Shown piece after piece: positions 29,984-39,620 of a DNA stretch of 64,000 nucleotides; position 1 is the first letter of the stretch; the number at the start of each line of letters is the position of its first letter. The DNA is taken from the NCBI GenBank assembly GCA_036677065.1, contig JAKFBS010000002.1, positions 416,001 through 480,000 on the forward strand. Direction: 5' to 3'. The notes below the pieces were generated by a model. That model did not search any database, was not told the DNA's origin, and saw only the letters and a program-made list of their open reading frames with translations. Source of the stretch: Bdellovibrio sp. (lineage in GTDB: Bacteria > Bdellovibrionota > Bdellovibrionia > Bdellovibrionales > Bdellovibrionaceae). The position numbers and the translations under genes are program-made.

Positions 29984-30852
29984 TATTGGTTCACTACTTT
30001 CGTGAAGGCTTCTTCAAGCTTACCTTCAGTCATTTGAATATCAGCTACATCGGCTATAGAAATCTTATGTTGCGCAAGCACGATATTTAAACTTTCTGCT
30101 GCAGAAGTCAGAATTTCTTTAATATCACCGTTTGTCATTTTGATATGAATTTTTTTGGTCGAATATTTAGCGATGACTTCTTTCGGGCTTCCGCAGTAGT
30201 TCACTTCGCCTTTGTTGATAATCGCAATGCGGTTACAAAGATTTTCGGCTTCTTCTAAGTAATGGGTCGTAAGCAAGATCGACATTCCAGATTTTTGTAA
30301 TTCTGCTACAAACTTCCATAATGATTCACGTAATTCAACGTCTACACCCGCTGTTGGTTCATCTAACAATAATAACTTTGGAGAATGGACTAAAGCTTTT
30401 GCAATCATCAAACGGCGTTTCATTCCACCTGAGAGTTGTTTTACTTTCTTGTGGGCATGGGGTTTTAACGCCAGACGATCTAATAAAAATTGAATGCGAT
30501 CACCGTTATTCAGAATGCCGTAATAGCCTGATTGAAATTCTAAAATTTCAGTCACATCGAAATAACCTGTGTTGATCACTTCTTGGTGAACGACGCCCAC
30601 ATTTTGTTTAATCGTACGTGCGTTGTGAACTACATCAAGGCCAAAAACATTTAATTCACCTGAAGTGGGTTTTTCTAAAGTTGTGATTGTAGAAATTAAA
30701 GTGGTTTTTCCTGCGCCGTTTGGTCCAAGTAGGCCAAAGATTTCGCCTTCGTTGATATCAAAACTTACACCTTTTAAAGCATGCACTGACCTAGATGCGT
30801 CTTTGGCATCGACATAGGTTTTTTTAAGGTTTTTAACTTCTAAGGCTTTCAT
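29983..30852 (-). CDS. ABC transporter ATP-binding protein (YadG-like)
   Basis: GPNGAGKT, LSGGMKRR, LDEPTAGVD. Confidence 0.93.
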   Translation of the reverse strand: MKALEVKNLKKTYVDAKDASRSVHALKGVSFDINEGEIFGLLGPNGAGKTTLISTITTLEKPTSGELNVFGLDVVHNARTIKQNVGVVHQEVINTGYFDVTEILEFQSGYYGILNNGDRIQFLLDRLALKPHAHKKVKQLSGGMKRRLMIAKALVHSPKLLLLDEPTAGVDVELRESLWKFVAELQKSGMSILLTTHYLEEAENLCNRIAIINKGEVNYCGSPKEVIAKYSTKKIHIKMTNGDIKEILTSAAESLNIVLAQHKISIADVADIQMTEGKLEEAFTKVVNQ

Positions 30853-32453
30853 TATCTCGCTCTTGAAATCGAAGTGGCAAATTCTACATCTGGATTTTCT
30901 TTTTTAGCCCAGTTCAAATCCCACTCTTGATTTAATAATAAGACCGGCTGATCGATCATGTCTCTGAATAGGGTAAAATTACCTTTTAATTCAGAAACCG
31001 GTTTACCATCTTGAGTTCTAGGCCAACGGGCTACCGTGAATGGTAAGCGGTTTAATTTTACTTCTAAGTTGTATTCATCCATTAATCTGTGCACTAAAAC
31101 TTCAAACTGTAACTCGCCGACCGCGCCGATTAAATATTCTTGCGGGCCGTAAACTGGATCAATAAATAATTGAATCGCGCCTTCTTCAGATAAATGATTT
31201 AAGGCTTGTTGTAGTTTTGTTCTGCGAAGTGCATCTTTTACCGTTAATTTTGCAAATAACTCTGGCGCAAATTTTGGAATATCCTCAAAACGAACTTTAC
31301 CGTTGGATGAAATGCTATCGCCGATCGCAAAGTTTCCGGTATCGCCGACACCGACGATGTCTCCCGCATATGCGACATCGACAGTTTCTTTATCAGCAGC
31401 TACGAACTGACTTGAATAAGACAAACGTAATTCACGTTGCAAACGCGCGTGGTTCACTTTCATACCGCGTTCAAATTTACCAGAACAAATACGCACAAAG
31501 GCGATACGGTCGCGGTGACGTTTATCCATGTTGGCTTGAATTTTAAAAACAAAGCCTGAAAAATTATCTGATAACGGATCAACTTCGCCGACCGATTTTG
31601 ACGGGCGCGCTTTAGGACCAGGTGCAAATTCTGTAAAGAATTTTAAGAAAGTATCAACACCGAAGTTTTGCTTTGCCGAACCAAATGTAACCGGAGAAAT
31701 TTTTCCGGTTAAAAATTCATTCACATCAAATGGTGGTAAAGCCGATTCAATTAATTCTAATTCATCACGCACTTGTGCCGCAGTTTCTGCATCTAAGTAT
31801 TTATCTAAGATTGGGTCTTGCGGGCCAGATAGGTCATGTTCAGTGTATTCATCACCTTCACGGCGCTGATCGTAGAAATACACTTTTTTATTTAAACGAT
31901 TGTAAATCCCTTTAAAACGCTGACCGATACCTAATGGCCAAGTCACTGGGTAACATTGCATATTTAGCGTACGTTCGATTTCATCGATCAAAGTCAGCGG
32001 ATCTTTGCCTTCACGATCTAATTTATTTACGAAGGTAAAAATTGGAATATCACGCAGGCGACAAACATCATAAAGTTTTTTTGTACGATCTTCGACCCCT
32101 TTGGCAACGTCAATCAACATACATGCAGATTCAACGGCCATTAATACACGATACGTATCTTCAGAGAAATCTTTATGGCCGGGAGTATCTAAAAGGTTAA
32201 CTCGTAAATCAGCATAATCAAAAGTCATTACCGATGAAGTAATAGAAATACCTTTTTGTTTTTCCAGCTCCATCCAATCTGATGTTGCTGATTTTGTTCC
32301 AGACTTACCTTTTACTTCGCCGGCTTCATGGATGACACCGCCGTGATATAAAAGTTTTTCGGTCAACGTGGTTTTACCCGCATCTGGATGTGAAATAATG
32401 GCAAACGTACGACGACGTAAGATCTCTTTTTGGTCTTGAACTGATAATGACAT
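30852..32453 (-). CDS. prfC: peptide chain release factor 3
   Basis: RRTFAIISHPDAGKTT, DTPGH.DFSEDTYR, GAVG.LQFEV. Confidence 0.97.
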   Translation of the reverse strand: MSLSVQDQKEILRRRTFAIISHPDAGKTTLTEKLLYHGGVIHEAGEVKGKSGTKSATSDWMELEKQKGISITSSVMTFDYADLRVNLLDTPGHKDFSEDTYRVLMAVESACMLIDVAKGVEDRTKKLYDVCRLRDIPIFTFVNKLDREGKDPLTLIDEIERTLNMQCYPVTWPLGIGQRFKGIYNRLNKKVYFYDQRREGDEYTEHDLSGPQDPILDKYLDAETAAQVRDELELIESALPPFDVNEFLTGKISPVTFGSAKQNFGVDTFLKFFTEFAPGPKARPSKSVGEVDPLSDNFSGFVFKIQANMDKRHRDRIAFVRICSGKFERGMKVNHARLQRELRLSYSSQFVAADKETVDVAYAGDIVGVGDTGNFAIGDSISSNGKVRFEDIPKFAPELFAKLTVKDALRRTKLQQALNHLSEEGAIQLFIDPVYGPQEYLIGAVGELQFEVLVHRLMDEYNLEVKLNRLPFTVARWPRTQDGKPVSELKGNFTLFRDMIDQPVLLLNQEWDLNWAKKENPDVEFATSISRAR

Positions 32454-32602
32454 AAGCGAATAGTTATAGACATTTTTTAGGGTTGATTCAAACAGTTTGA
32501 CCCTTCAAGGCATGTGCATTAGAAGTAAAAGTCTGATTTTGATGACCCAAAATCAACTCATGGTGGTTTGGAGCCACCGTCTGACAACTGAAAGGGGTTC
32601 AT

Positions 32603-33544
32603 ATGTCTATTAATGCGGCAGATAGCAACGTTACAGCCAGCCAATACTTTATCACTACGTTCTATAAGTTTATTCCAGTAGCTGACGTTGAAAGCACTAA
32701 AAATTGGTTTAATAATTTAGCAGAAAAACACGACATCAAAGGCTTAATTATTTTAGCCCCTGAAGGTTTTAACTCAACGGTTTCTGCTCAATCAAAAGAG
32801 AATTTAGAAAACTTTAAAAAAGATTTATTAGCAAATTTTAATTTAACCGAACTTAATTTTAAAGATTCAGAATCACACAAATCCCCATTTCGCCGGTTTG
32901 TTGTAAAATTAAGACCAGAGATCGTGACTTTGGGAACTCCTGATCTCGTGCCGCCAGAAGGGGTAAATCGTCATTTAACACCCACCGAGTGGAATGAAGT
33001 TTTAAAAAAAGAAAAACCAATCATTATCGATACGCGCAATTGGTATGAATATAAAATCGGTACATTCAAGGGGTCATTAAACCCAAACACCGAAAAATTC
33101 ACTGAGTTTCCGCAGTACATGGATTCACAAAATATTTCTAAAGATCAAAAAGTTTTAATTTTTTGCACTGGTGGAATTCGCTGTGAAAAAGGAATTTTAG
33201 AATTAACTGAAAAAGGTTACAGCAACGTTTATCAACTTGATGGCGGAATTTTAAATTATTTAAAAGAATACCCAAACGATGAATTTGACGGTGAGTGTTT
33301 TGTTTTCGATCATCGCGTGTCTGTAACTCAAGATCTAAAACCAACTGATAAATATTATCTTTGCCCTCATTGTGGCCAACCCGGAAACACGGCGATTGAT
33401 TGTAAACGTTGTGATACGCACGATCATATTTGCGAAGACTGTGCTAAAATTGAATGGAAGAAAGACACCTGTTCGAAAGACTGTGCTTACCATTACAAAC
33501 TGCATCCAGATCGCAAAGCGCCGCGCCAACCGCGCTCGTATTAA
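32603..33544 (+). CDS. trhO: tRNA uridine(34) hydroxylase TrhO/YceA (rhodanese-related)
   Basis: FYKF, EG.N.T, IDTRN.YE..IG.F, FCTGGIRCEK, CFVFD.R. Confidence 0.88.
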   Translation: MSINAADSNVTASQYFITTFYKFIPVADVESTKNWFNNLAEKHDIKGLIILAPEGFNSTVSAQSKENLENFKKDLLANFNLTELNFKDSESHKSPFRRFVVKLRPEIVTLGTPDLVPPEGVNRHLTPTEWNEVLKKEKPIIIDTRNWYEYKIGTFKGSLNPNTEKFTEFPQYMDSQNISKDQKVLIFCTGGIRCEKGILELTEKGYSNVYQLDGGILNYLKEYPNDEFDGECFVFDHRVSVTQDLKPTDKYYLCPHCGQPGNTAIDCKRCDTHDHICEDCAKIEWKKDTCSKDCAYHYKLHPDRKAPRQPRSY

Positions 33545-33545
33545 T

Positions 33546-34112
33546 TTATTTCTCTGATTCAAATCTAACTTTGAATAAAATTGCGCTAGCTACGGGTTTG
33601 TTATCGACCATTGCAGGTTTGAATTTTGATTCACGTGCAAGATTTAGCGCTACTTCATCTAAACCATAAGGTAAAGAATTTCTAAGCTTTGCACTTCTGA
33701 CTTGTCCGTCTGAGCCAACAACAAGTTCAACTTGAGCAACCCCTGAATAATCGGCTCTACGCGCAGCTTCGGTGCGATTAGCTTTTGCTTTTGTCAGCAA
33801 TACAGCAGGCGTTGTAATTGCTGAATCACTGGCTAATTCTTCAGCGATCTGTTCGTGACTTGTACCGCCGATAGGGGTTTTAGTTTCGTTTGACAACTCT
33901 TTCGATTTGTCTGCGAGCTCGTTTACTCTTTCGGGTTTTGGTTTTTCAAGCTTACTATCGTTGGGCTTTACAATAGGCGTGACATAAGAAGTCACTTCAA
34001 TATTTTCGTAGATTTGATCTGTTGGGTTTGCCAATAACATGATAATAGCTGCGGCAAGCATATGAAAGCCTCCGGATAGTATTAAGAATTTGTAATTGCG
34101 CGATCCCGACAT
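33546..34112 (-). CDS. energy transducer TonB family protein
   Basis: N-terminal TM with His; C-terminal G.LD..A.......FKPA TonB_C pattern. Confidence 0.8.
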   Translation of the reverse strand: MSGSRNYKFLILSGGFHMLAAAIIMLLANPTDQIYENIEVTSYVTPIVKPNDSKLEKPKPERVNELADKSKELSNETKTPIGGTSHEQIAEELASDSAITTPAVLLTKAKANRTEAARRADYSGVAQVELVVGSDGQVRSAKLRNSLPYGLDEVALNLARESKFKPAMVDNKPVASAILFKVRFESEK

Positions 34113-34148
34113 AATTTAACTTATATCGAAAAACACACCGAATAACAA

Positions 34149-34709
34149 CTACTGCATAAGGTTTGAAGGCCGATAATCGCGATTACGTTCTTCTTCGATC
34201 GCTTCTTCTTCTTCAAGGGTAAGGTTTTCTTCACGGCGAAAGTGATCTTTTAATTCCAAGTACTGTTTACCGATCATTACACGATCTTCAACATCGCTCT
34301 CTTTTTTAAATGCGGGGAATATATCAGACTCTTCTTCTTTAAGATGATGCTCAACTAGCTCGGCTAAAACTTTAGCTCGTGCCGACCATAACTCTGCGCC
34401 TTCTGACATTTTTACTTCTTCGACCATGTGTTCGGCCAATTCATGCTCTACGTCGCCTTCCAAACCATCAATGCGAAGCTCTTTGTTTTCGTCTTTTAAA
34501 AAAGTGTACAGGCTTTCTTGTTCTGATCTTGCATGCACTAATAATAAGGGTACGAATTGATCAAAGATTCTTCTGCGGGTGCGAATTGGCGTATCTAGGT
34601 CTTTTAAAATACCAATAAATCTTTTCAGGGGTTCGTGATCCGCTAAAATTAATTTAATGATATCCTCTTTTGAACTATTGGATGCTTTTTTCGCAGTTGA
34701 TTTTCGCAT
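34149..34709 (-). CDS. hemerythrin (HHE) domain protein
   Basis: DH, HARSEQ, EH, HHLKEEE motifs; start ATG 34709 after AAGGAG. Confidence 0.85.
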   Translation of the reverse strand: MRKSTAKKASNSSKEDIIKLILADHEPLKRFIGILKDLDTPIRTRRRIFDQFVPLLLVHARSEQESLYTFLKDENKELRIDGLEGDVEHELAEHMVEEVKMSEGAELWSARAKVLAELVEHHLKEEESDIFPAFKKESDVEDRVMIGKQYLELKDHFRREENLTLEEEEAIEEERNRDYRPSNLMQ

Positions 34710-34732
34710 AAGTACTCCTTTTTTAAAGTCGA

Positions 34733-35143
34733 CTATGATTTTAAAGCAACTCCAGTGCCACTGGGATGTGGGTATTTTTGTCTGAGTTGGTGACATTCTT
34801 GAATACGCTGAATGATCGTATTCGATAAATCGTCGTGATAAACCCCGTAAGATTCAATGTATAATCCTTTAACGTCATCTTCGATCAGTGATCTGATCGC
34901 GTACATGATCGCTTGATCATCAGGATCAGAAGTGTTTTCAAAACGTAAGACTTCGTCAAAAAAAATATCGTTGGGATAAAGTTCTAATTTACCCTCTTCA
35001 CAAGTGAAATGATCAAAACGTGCCACAAGATTATACGTATAACCTTGTTTCTGCAAACGTTCGATGGCTTCTCGAAGCCCGTACATTTCGCCCGTGCCTG
35101 CGTGAATCATATCTTTCGGCAAGACTGTGGTAACGTGTTCCAT
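34733..35143 (-). CDS. conserved hypothetical protein (RFE.xSDPDD family)
   Basis: EAI..L...GY, DEV.RFE..SDPDD.AI.YAI, KG....YG pattern of a small uncharacterised family. Confidence 0.7.
   Translation of the reverse strand: MEHVTTVLPKDMIHAGTGEMYGLREAIERLQKQGYTYNLVARFDHFTCEEGKLELYPNDIFFDEVLRFENTSDPDDQAIMYAIRSLIEDDVKGLYIESYGVYHDDLSNTIIQRIQECHQLRQKYPHPSGTGVALKS
34745..34760 (-). promoter_or_regulatory. sigma54 promoter for the hemerythrin gene
   Basis: TGGCACTGGAGTTGCT, a near-perfect TGGCAC-N5-TTGC, inside the 3' end of the upstream ORF. Confidence 0.8.
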
Positions 35144-35161
35144 TTTATTATTTCCGTTCGC

Positions 35162-35199
35162 AAAAAAAGAGCCTTATCTTGCGATAAGACTCTTCCAAC
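35162..35199 (-). terminator. intrinsic terminator, repeat copy 1
   Basis: AAGAGTCTTATC-GCAA-GATAAGGCTCTT plus T tract; these 38 nt are identical to 35645-35682. Confidence 0.9.
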
Positions 35200-35273
35200 T
35201 CGTTACTTTTTCAGAGCAACGAATTTGATTCGGATGTATGTGTGTGTCTGTCTTTTACTTTTACAAGTAAAAA

Positions 35274-35465
35274 CTATTTACTAGTTTTTTGAGATTGGCT
35301 TGTGTCAGATTGTCTTTCACCGTATTGCGAATCGCGTGAAGTTTGACCTGTGCTAGAGCTTCTATCTGCATTTGGAGTTTGGTTCGATTTATTTGTCTGA
35401 CCAGACTGTCCGCCTTGTTGATTTTGATTTGCGTTTTGATTTGACATGTTATTATTTTGTGCCAT
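35274..35465 (-). CDS. small Q/N/S-rich hydrophilic protein, copy 1
   Basis: 63 aa, AAGGAG RBS, own promoter and terminator; shares NQNxNQxQQG and RDS with copy 2. Confidence 0.8.
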   Translation of the reverse strand: MAQNNNMSNQNANQNQQGGQSGQTNKSNQTPNADRSSSTGQTSRDSQYGERQSDTSQSQKTSK

Positions 35466-35518
35466 TTGAGTTCTCCTTGGTTTAATTCGATTTTATCGAA
35501 AGTTACTTTAAGGTCATT

Positions 35519-35534
35519 TACAAGTTCTGTTCCA
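35519..35534 (-). promoter_or_regulatory. sigma54-like promoter, repeat copy 1
   Basis: TGGAACAGAACTTGTA (GG-N10-GT), identical to 35962-35977. Confidence 0.65.
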
Positions 35535-35644
35535 AACTCTAATGTTGTTATTTTCGAGATGAAATAAAATGCCGCACCTAGTTCCCATAATTTTGACCCA
35601 TAAAGGTTCACAATAAAAATTTTATATTTTGCGATTTTAAACAA

Positions 35645-35682
35645 AAAAAAAGAGCCTTATCTTGCGATAAGACTCTTCCAAC
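35645..35682 (-). terminator. intrinsic terminator, repeat copy 2
   Basis: Identical to 35162-35199. Confidence 0.9.
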
Positions 35683-35719
35683 CATTGTCTTTTTAATTAC
35701 AATGATTTGATTTTAAAAT

Positions 35720-35923
35720 TTATTTATTAGATCTCTGTTGTTGGCTACTGCCAGATTGCCCCTGATTAAAACTTGAATCACGAGTCGTACTGCCTGTACC
35801 AGTGCTTGGGTTTGTCGTAGAGCCCTTATCTAAATTTGGATCTTGGCCGCCCGATCGACTGGCTTGATCACCCTGTTGACGCTGATTTACATTTTGATTT
35901 TGGTTGTTAATATTTTCTTTCAT
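35720..35923 (-). CDS. small Q/N/S/G-rich hydrophilic protein, copy 2
   Basis: 67 aa, GAGGAG RBS, paralogous layout to 35274-35465. Confidence 0.8.
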   Translation of the reverse strand: MKENINNQNQNVNQRQQGDQASRSGGQDPNLDKGSTTNPSTGTGSTTRDSSFNQGQSGSSQQQRSNK

Positions 35924-35961
35924 TTTAAATCTCCTCGTAAAAGAAACTGTTAAGCCTTAAA

Positions 35962-35977
35962 TACAAGTTCTGTTCCA
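35962..35977 (-). promoter_or_regulatory. sigma54-like promoter, repeat copy 2
   Basis: TGGAACAGAACTTGTA. Confidence 0.65.
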
Positions 35978-36086
35978 GCACTAAAAGCTGCTAATTTTGA
36001 GCTGAAGCACCTTTGCTGCGGCTAGTTTCACAAACTTGCCCCAAGAAAGGGTTCGAAAAATTTCAGACAAGGTGTATAATTAAACC

Positions 36087-36524
36087 ATGAAGACTTTAAA
36101 TGACTGGCTTTCGGCTTATGGCGAAACACATAAAAATAAAATTAATAGAACGATTCATTTAATTTGTGTGCCGCTAATTTTGTTTAGCGTTATCGGAATT
36201 TTATGGTGCATCCCGAAAGGTTTTTTATTTCCTGATATTAAATATGTAAACTGGTCACACTTAGCGATGCTGTTATCATTGGTTTTTTATGCGCGTTTAG
36301 GTGTTAGACCTTTTTTATTAATGTTTAGTACATTTGCAGCCATTCATTTAGTGCTGATGCTTCTTGATTCAAACACAACGCAACTTCTGACATTGAATAT
36401 CACAATATTTGTTTTAGCTTGGATCGGCCAATTTTATGGCCATCATATCGAGGGCAAAAAGCCCTCGTTCTTTCAAGATCTGCAATTTTTATTGATCGGC
36501 CCTCTGTGGGTCTACTATCACTAA
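36087..36524 (+). CDS. Mpo1-like / DUF962 membrane protein
   Basis: Y...H.N..N..IH.ICVP, WIGQFYGH..EGKKPSF..DLQFLLIGP. Confidence 0.88.
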   Translation: MKTLNDWLSAYGETHKNKINRTIHLICVPLILFSVIGILWCIPKGFLFPDIKYVNWSHLAMLLSLVFYARLGVRPFLLMFSTFAAIHLVLMLLDSNTTQLLTLNITIFVLAWIGQFYGHHIEGKKPSFFQDLQFLLIGPLWVYYH

Positions 36525-36629
36525 AATCGATTTATACCGTTGCATCAGGCCTTTAATTAAGCAGTTTTATTAAAACTAATGCGTGACTTTAAAAGGCCCT
36601 CGCTTTATCTTAACGTCACATCAGTCAGT

Positions 36630-36706
<77 letters not shown>

Positions 36707-36877
36707 ATTTTTTCTCAAAGTCTTTTGAGAATTATTAAATCCACAGACATACAAGATCAGATAAGAAGAACCCCATTATTAAAAAATATATTACCGAATC
36801 AACGATCACTCAGGTGATTTGCAGCCAATTTTTTTGGAGCATCGTTATTTCTGCCGCGCTAATTTACACGTAAGGTT

Positions 36878-38278
36878 TTATTCAGACTGCGTTAACACGC
36901 AGCCAAATTTTTGCCCGCGATATACGGCTTTTGATTTTTTAAATAAACCTAAGCCCAACGTTGCCGTCACAGTACCATCATCTTTAATTTTCAAACGCGG
37001 AAGCACTGGAAAAGACGTTTTCATATCGTCTTTACAAGCTTTCTCGCTACGCCCAACGACTAAACGACATGAACAATATTCCTTAACGATATAAGCACGT
37101 AATAAATGTGGCACAACTAGTAGCGACTCCATAGTGCCGCGATCTTCTGGATCTTCATACTCTTGCTCGTCGGGCTGATAGCTTGCTTTTGCTAAAACTC
37201 GATTAGAACTACCCACAGTTTCAAAAGCTAAGTTTTTTGAACGCACAAGTTTTGCAACAGCTTTATAAAAAGCTTTACGATCTAAAGCTTTTTTATCACG
37301 CGCAAGTCTTACGACTACAAATTGTTGCGAAGGACTGGCCGCTACAATTTGCCCCTGATGGCCGTACATAATTAAAGTATCCAAAGGTAAATCATTGTAA
37401 GCTGATGGTAGGTTACGTCCTTCGATAGGACGATTCGTCGTTAGCTGAGTTGAATAGGCTTTGTTAACTTCGTTAAATTCTTGAATCTTGTTATGTACCC
37501 CAGGTGCAACAGTATTCATAAGTTCAAAATAACTTGGCGAAAACAATTGGTGACCGTTCCAAACACCTTTATTCATGAGAAGCTGACCTAATTTTAAATA
37601 ATCTGAAGGCTTCATGTAAATATATGATGAGCCAACAAAATTACCCTTCATATCTTGCTCAAACGTTGCATCAATTCCCATCGGGTTAAATAACTTCTGC
37701 CACGGATAGTTATTATATTTAGTCTGGTTGCCGATCGCTTTTTGCAAGATACCCATCAACAGATTAGTGTCACCACTTGAATAATTAAAATATTCACCCG
37801 GCCCGCCGACTTTTGATAAAGGCATCTTTAACATAAAATTAGTGAACCCCATTTTTTGCCCGTCAAGATACAGCATATTTGTTAGATCTAAATGTGACGG
37901 AAACCCCTTAAAGGCTTCTTTAAAATGAAGCCCCGAAGACATTTGTAAAACATCAACTATGCGCGCCTCGTTTTTAAATTCAGGAAAATATTTTTTTACC
38001 GGCTCATCGATTGAAAGCAATCCTTCTTTAGCAGCGATTCCGATCAACATAGCCGTCATTGTTTTAGCCGTCGACCACGATAGATGTTTTGTATTCGGCG
38101 TGTATTCACGGGCGTAGTATTCATAAATGACTTTACCATCTTTATAAACCAGAACGACATCTGTATTGGCTTTTTCTGTGTTACGCAGAAGCTCGGTTAA
38201 TTCTTGCTGAGCGGTTTTTGCCTGGCCCAGAATCGAAAACAAAAAAGTTACGATAAACAATGTGCTGATGGTTTTCAT
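36878..38278 (-). CDS. secreted serine hydrolase, beta-lactamase (class C-like) family, copy 2
   Basis: SWSTAK, FNYSSGDTN, GHQGQ; paralog of 21714-23123; start ATG 38278 gives a signal peptide. Confidence 0.88.
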   Translation of the reverse strand: MKTISTLFIVTFLFSILGQAKTAQQELTELLRNTEKANTDVVLVYKDGKVIYEYYAREYTPNTKHLSWSTAKTMTAMLIGIAAKEGLLSIDEPVKKYFPEFKNEARIVDVLQMSSGLHFKEAFKGFPSHLDLTNMLYLDGQKMGFTNFMLKMPLSKVGGPGEYFNYSSGDTNLLMGILQKAIGNQTKYNNYPWQKLFNPMGIDATFEQDMKGNFVGSSYIYMKPSDYLKLGQLLMNKGVWNGHQLFSPSYFELMNTVAPGVHNKIQEFNEVNKAYSTQLTTNRPIEGRNLPSAYNDLPLDTLIMYGHQGQIVAASPSQQFVVVRLARDKKALDRKAFYKAVAKLVRSKNLAFETVGSSNRVLAKASYQPDEQEYEDPEDRGTMESLLVVPHLLRAYIVKEYCSCRLVVGRSEKACKDDMKTSFPVLPRLKIKDDGTVTATLGLGLFKKSKAVYRGQKFGCVLTQSE

Positions 38279-38356
38279 ATTAATTTTTTCGGGACTTTCT
38301 GGATCTGAATCGAGTCCAGTAGTCGAGAAAACATGTATCGAACTGAGAATTAACAT

Positions 38357-38391
38357 AAAAAAGGGTTATGAATTTCTTCATAACCCTTTTT
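38357..38391 (-). terminator. intrinsic terminator
   Basis: AAAAAAGGGTTATGAA-tttc-TTCATAACCCTTTTT. Confidence 0.85.
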
Positions 38392-38417
38392 GTTTTTAGT
38401 ATTGTGGGCCGTTGCAA

Positions 38418-38981
38418 CTATTCAACAGTGCATTCCATGCTTTCGTTCAATTTAACACTTTGTCCGGTTTTTGCGTTCGTAATCAAACCCGTCAATTGAA
38501 TGCTTCGGGTTTTAGAATCAATAATTTTGATTTTAGCATCAAGTTTAACGTCAACTTTTAGACGAAGTTTTTTGCTGATGGATTCAGAGCGAACGATGCT
38601 TGCGTCTGAAACTGTTTGAAAATCTTTTCCAGTGACATCAATCTCGCCTTGCTTAACTGAACATGAGAAATCTTCGCTCAATGAATCATTGTTGTTTGTG
38701 CAAGATCCTTTTGGCGAAAGGTACAAACCTAAACCAATAGGTGCCAGGTTCTCATCAGACGCGCGGCCAGTTAACTGACTTACACTGTTAAAGCCAGCTT
38801 GAAAAAACCAAGATGCGTCTATAGTGATATAGGTGCCGTTGAAGCCGATAGCTCCATCGCGATTGATAAACATGTCGGCTTGGCGAAATGATATGACTTC
38901 TGTACACTTCAGGCTTTCTGCTAAAGCGCCAAAAGACATAAGACTTGTTAATGCGGCAATTGTTAATAATTTAATTTTCAT
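38418..38981 (-). CDS. secreted hypothetical protein
   Basis: Signal peptide (ALA), GGAG RBS, four cysteines. Confidence 0.75.
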   Translation of the reverse strand: MKIKLLTIAALTSLMSFGALAESLKCTEVISFRQADMFINRDGAIGFNGTYITIDASWFFQAGFNSVSQLTGRASDENLAPIGLGLYLSPKGSCTNNNDSLSEDFSCSVKQGEIDVTGKDFQTVSDASIVRSESISKKLRLKVDVKLDAKIKIIDSKTRSIQLTGLITNAKTGQSVKLNESMECTVE

Positions 38982-39084
38982 AGGGAATCTCCATTTCTTA
39001 GAGACAACCTAACTTAGGTTTAATAATTAAAGTAATGAATAGTGCTGCTGATTATCATTAATCATTTTAATGATGCGCCAACTC

Positions 39085-39600
39085 CTATAGAGCGAAACGC
39101 TTAGTCTTAACTAAAATCTTTAACAACAACAGGGCAACCATCGGCCCCACTAAAAACATGTAATACCAGTTTCCAGCGACTCGGCCGGCGTAGCTTGCAA
39201 AAAAGATGAACCACAAATAGTACATGCCAAACGTGTGTAAGGTTCTCCACCGCTTGATTCCTAATTTTTGAACTGAAAAATCATTCGAGGTCATCGTCAT
39301 GGCAAAAATAAACACATAACCAAGTCCGCCAAAAATAATGGTCGTTGGCTGCGCCACTTGATAAAATAATTCAGGATCAATTTTGTACAGCATGGCAAAC
39401 AGGATTCCGTGACAAAGATGTGAAAAAGCAAAACTTAAGCCGACAGCACGTCTGTTCTTCATCCAAAAGCCAAATTTATTTTTTAGAAGAAATCTTAAAG
39501 ACGATGTCATGAATGCGATAAGAAATAAGAACATAGATATGCGAGCTGTTACTTGTATACCTAAACGTACAGCTTCTTGCAGAGTCAGATCTGTCATCAC
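39085..39600 (-). CDS. ferric reductase-like transmembrane protein (MsrQ-like)
   Basis: RR.VGL.F...H..H, TS......LG..RW..LH heme-binding pattern. Confidence 0.8.
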   Translation of the reverse strand: MMTDLTLQEAVRLGIQVTARISMFLFLIAFMTSSLRFLLKNKFGFWMKNRRAVGLSFAFSHLCHGILFAMLYKIDPELFYQVAQPTTIIFGGLGYVFIFAMTMTSNDFSVQKLGIKRWRTLHTFGMYYLWFIFFASYAGRVAGNWYYMFLVGPMVALLLLKILVKTKRFAL

Positions 39601-39620
39601 TTTAGCCTCTCCTTATATGA

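Noticed and set aside
35261..35644. 127-aa minus-strand ORF
   Set aside because: Alternative frame crossing the promoter and the RBS-supported 63-aa ORF; TTG start at the terminator tail and no RBS.
35162..35682. 38-nt identical palindromic repeats as a CRISPR or REP array
   Set aside because: Only two copies 483 nt apart, each a terminator of a duplicated gene; no cas genes.
39044..39075. Fur-box-like ATTAATGATAATCAG upstream of the 38418-38981 gene
   Set aside because: Only a partial match in AT-rich DNA; it may simply be a -10 element.
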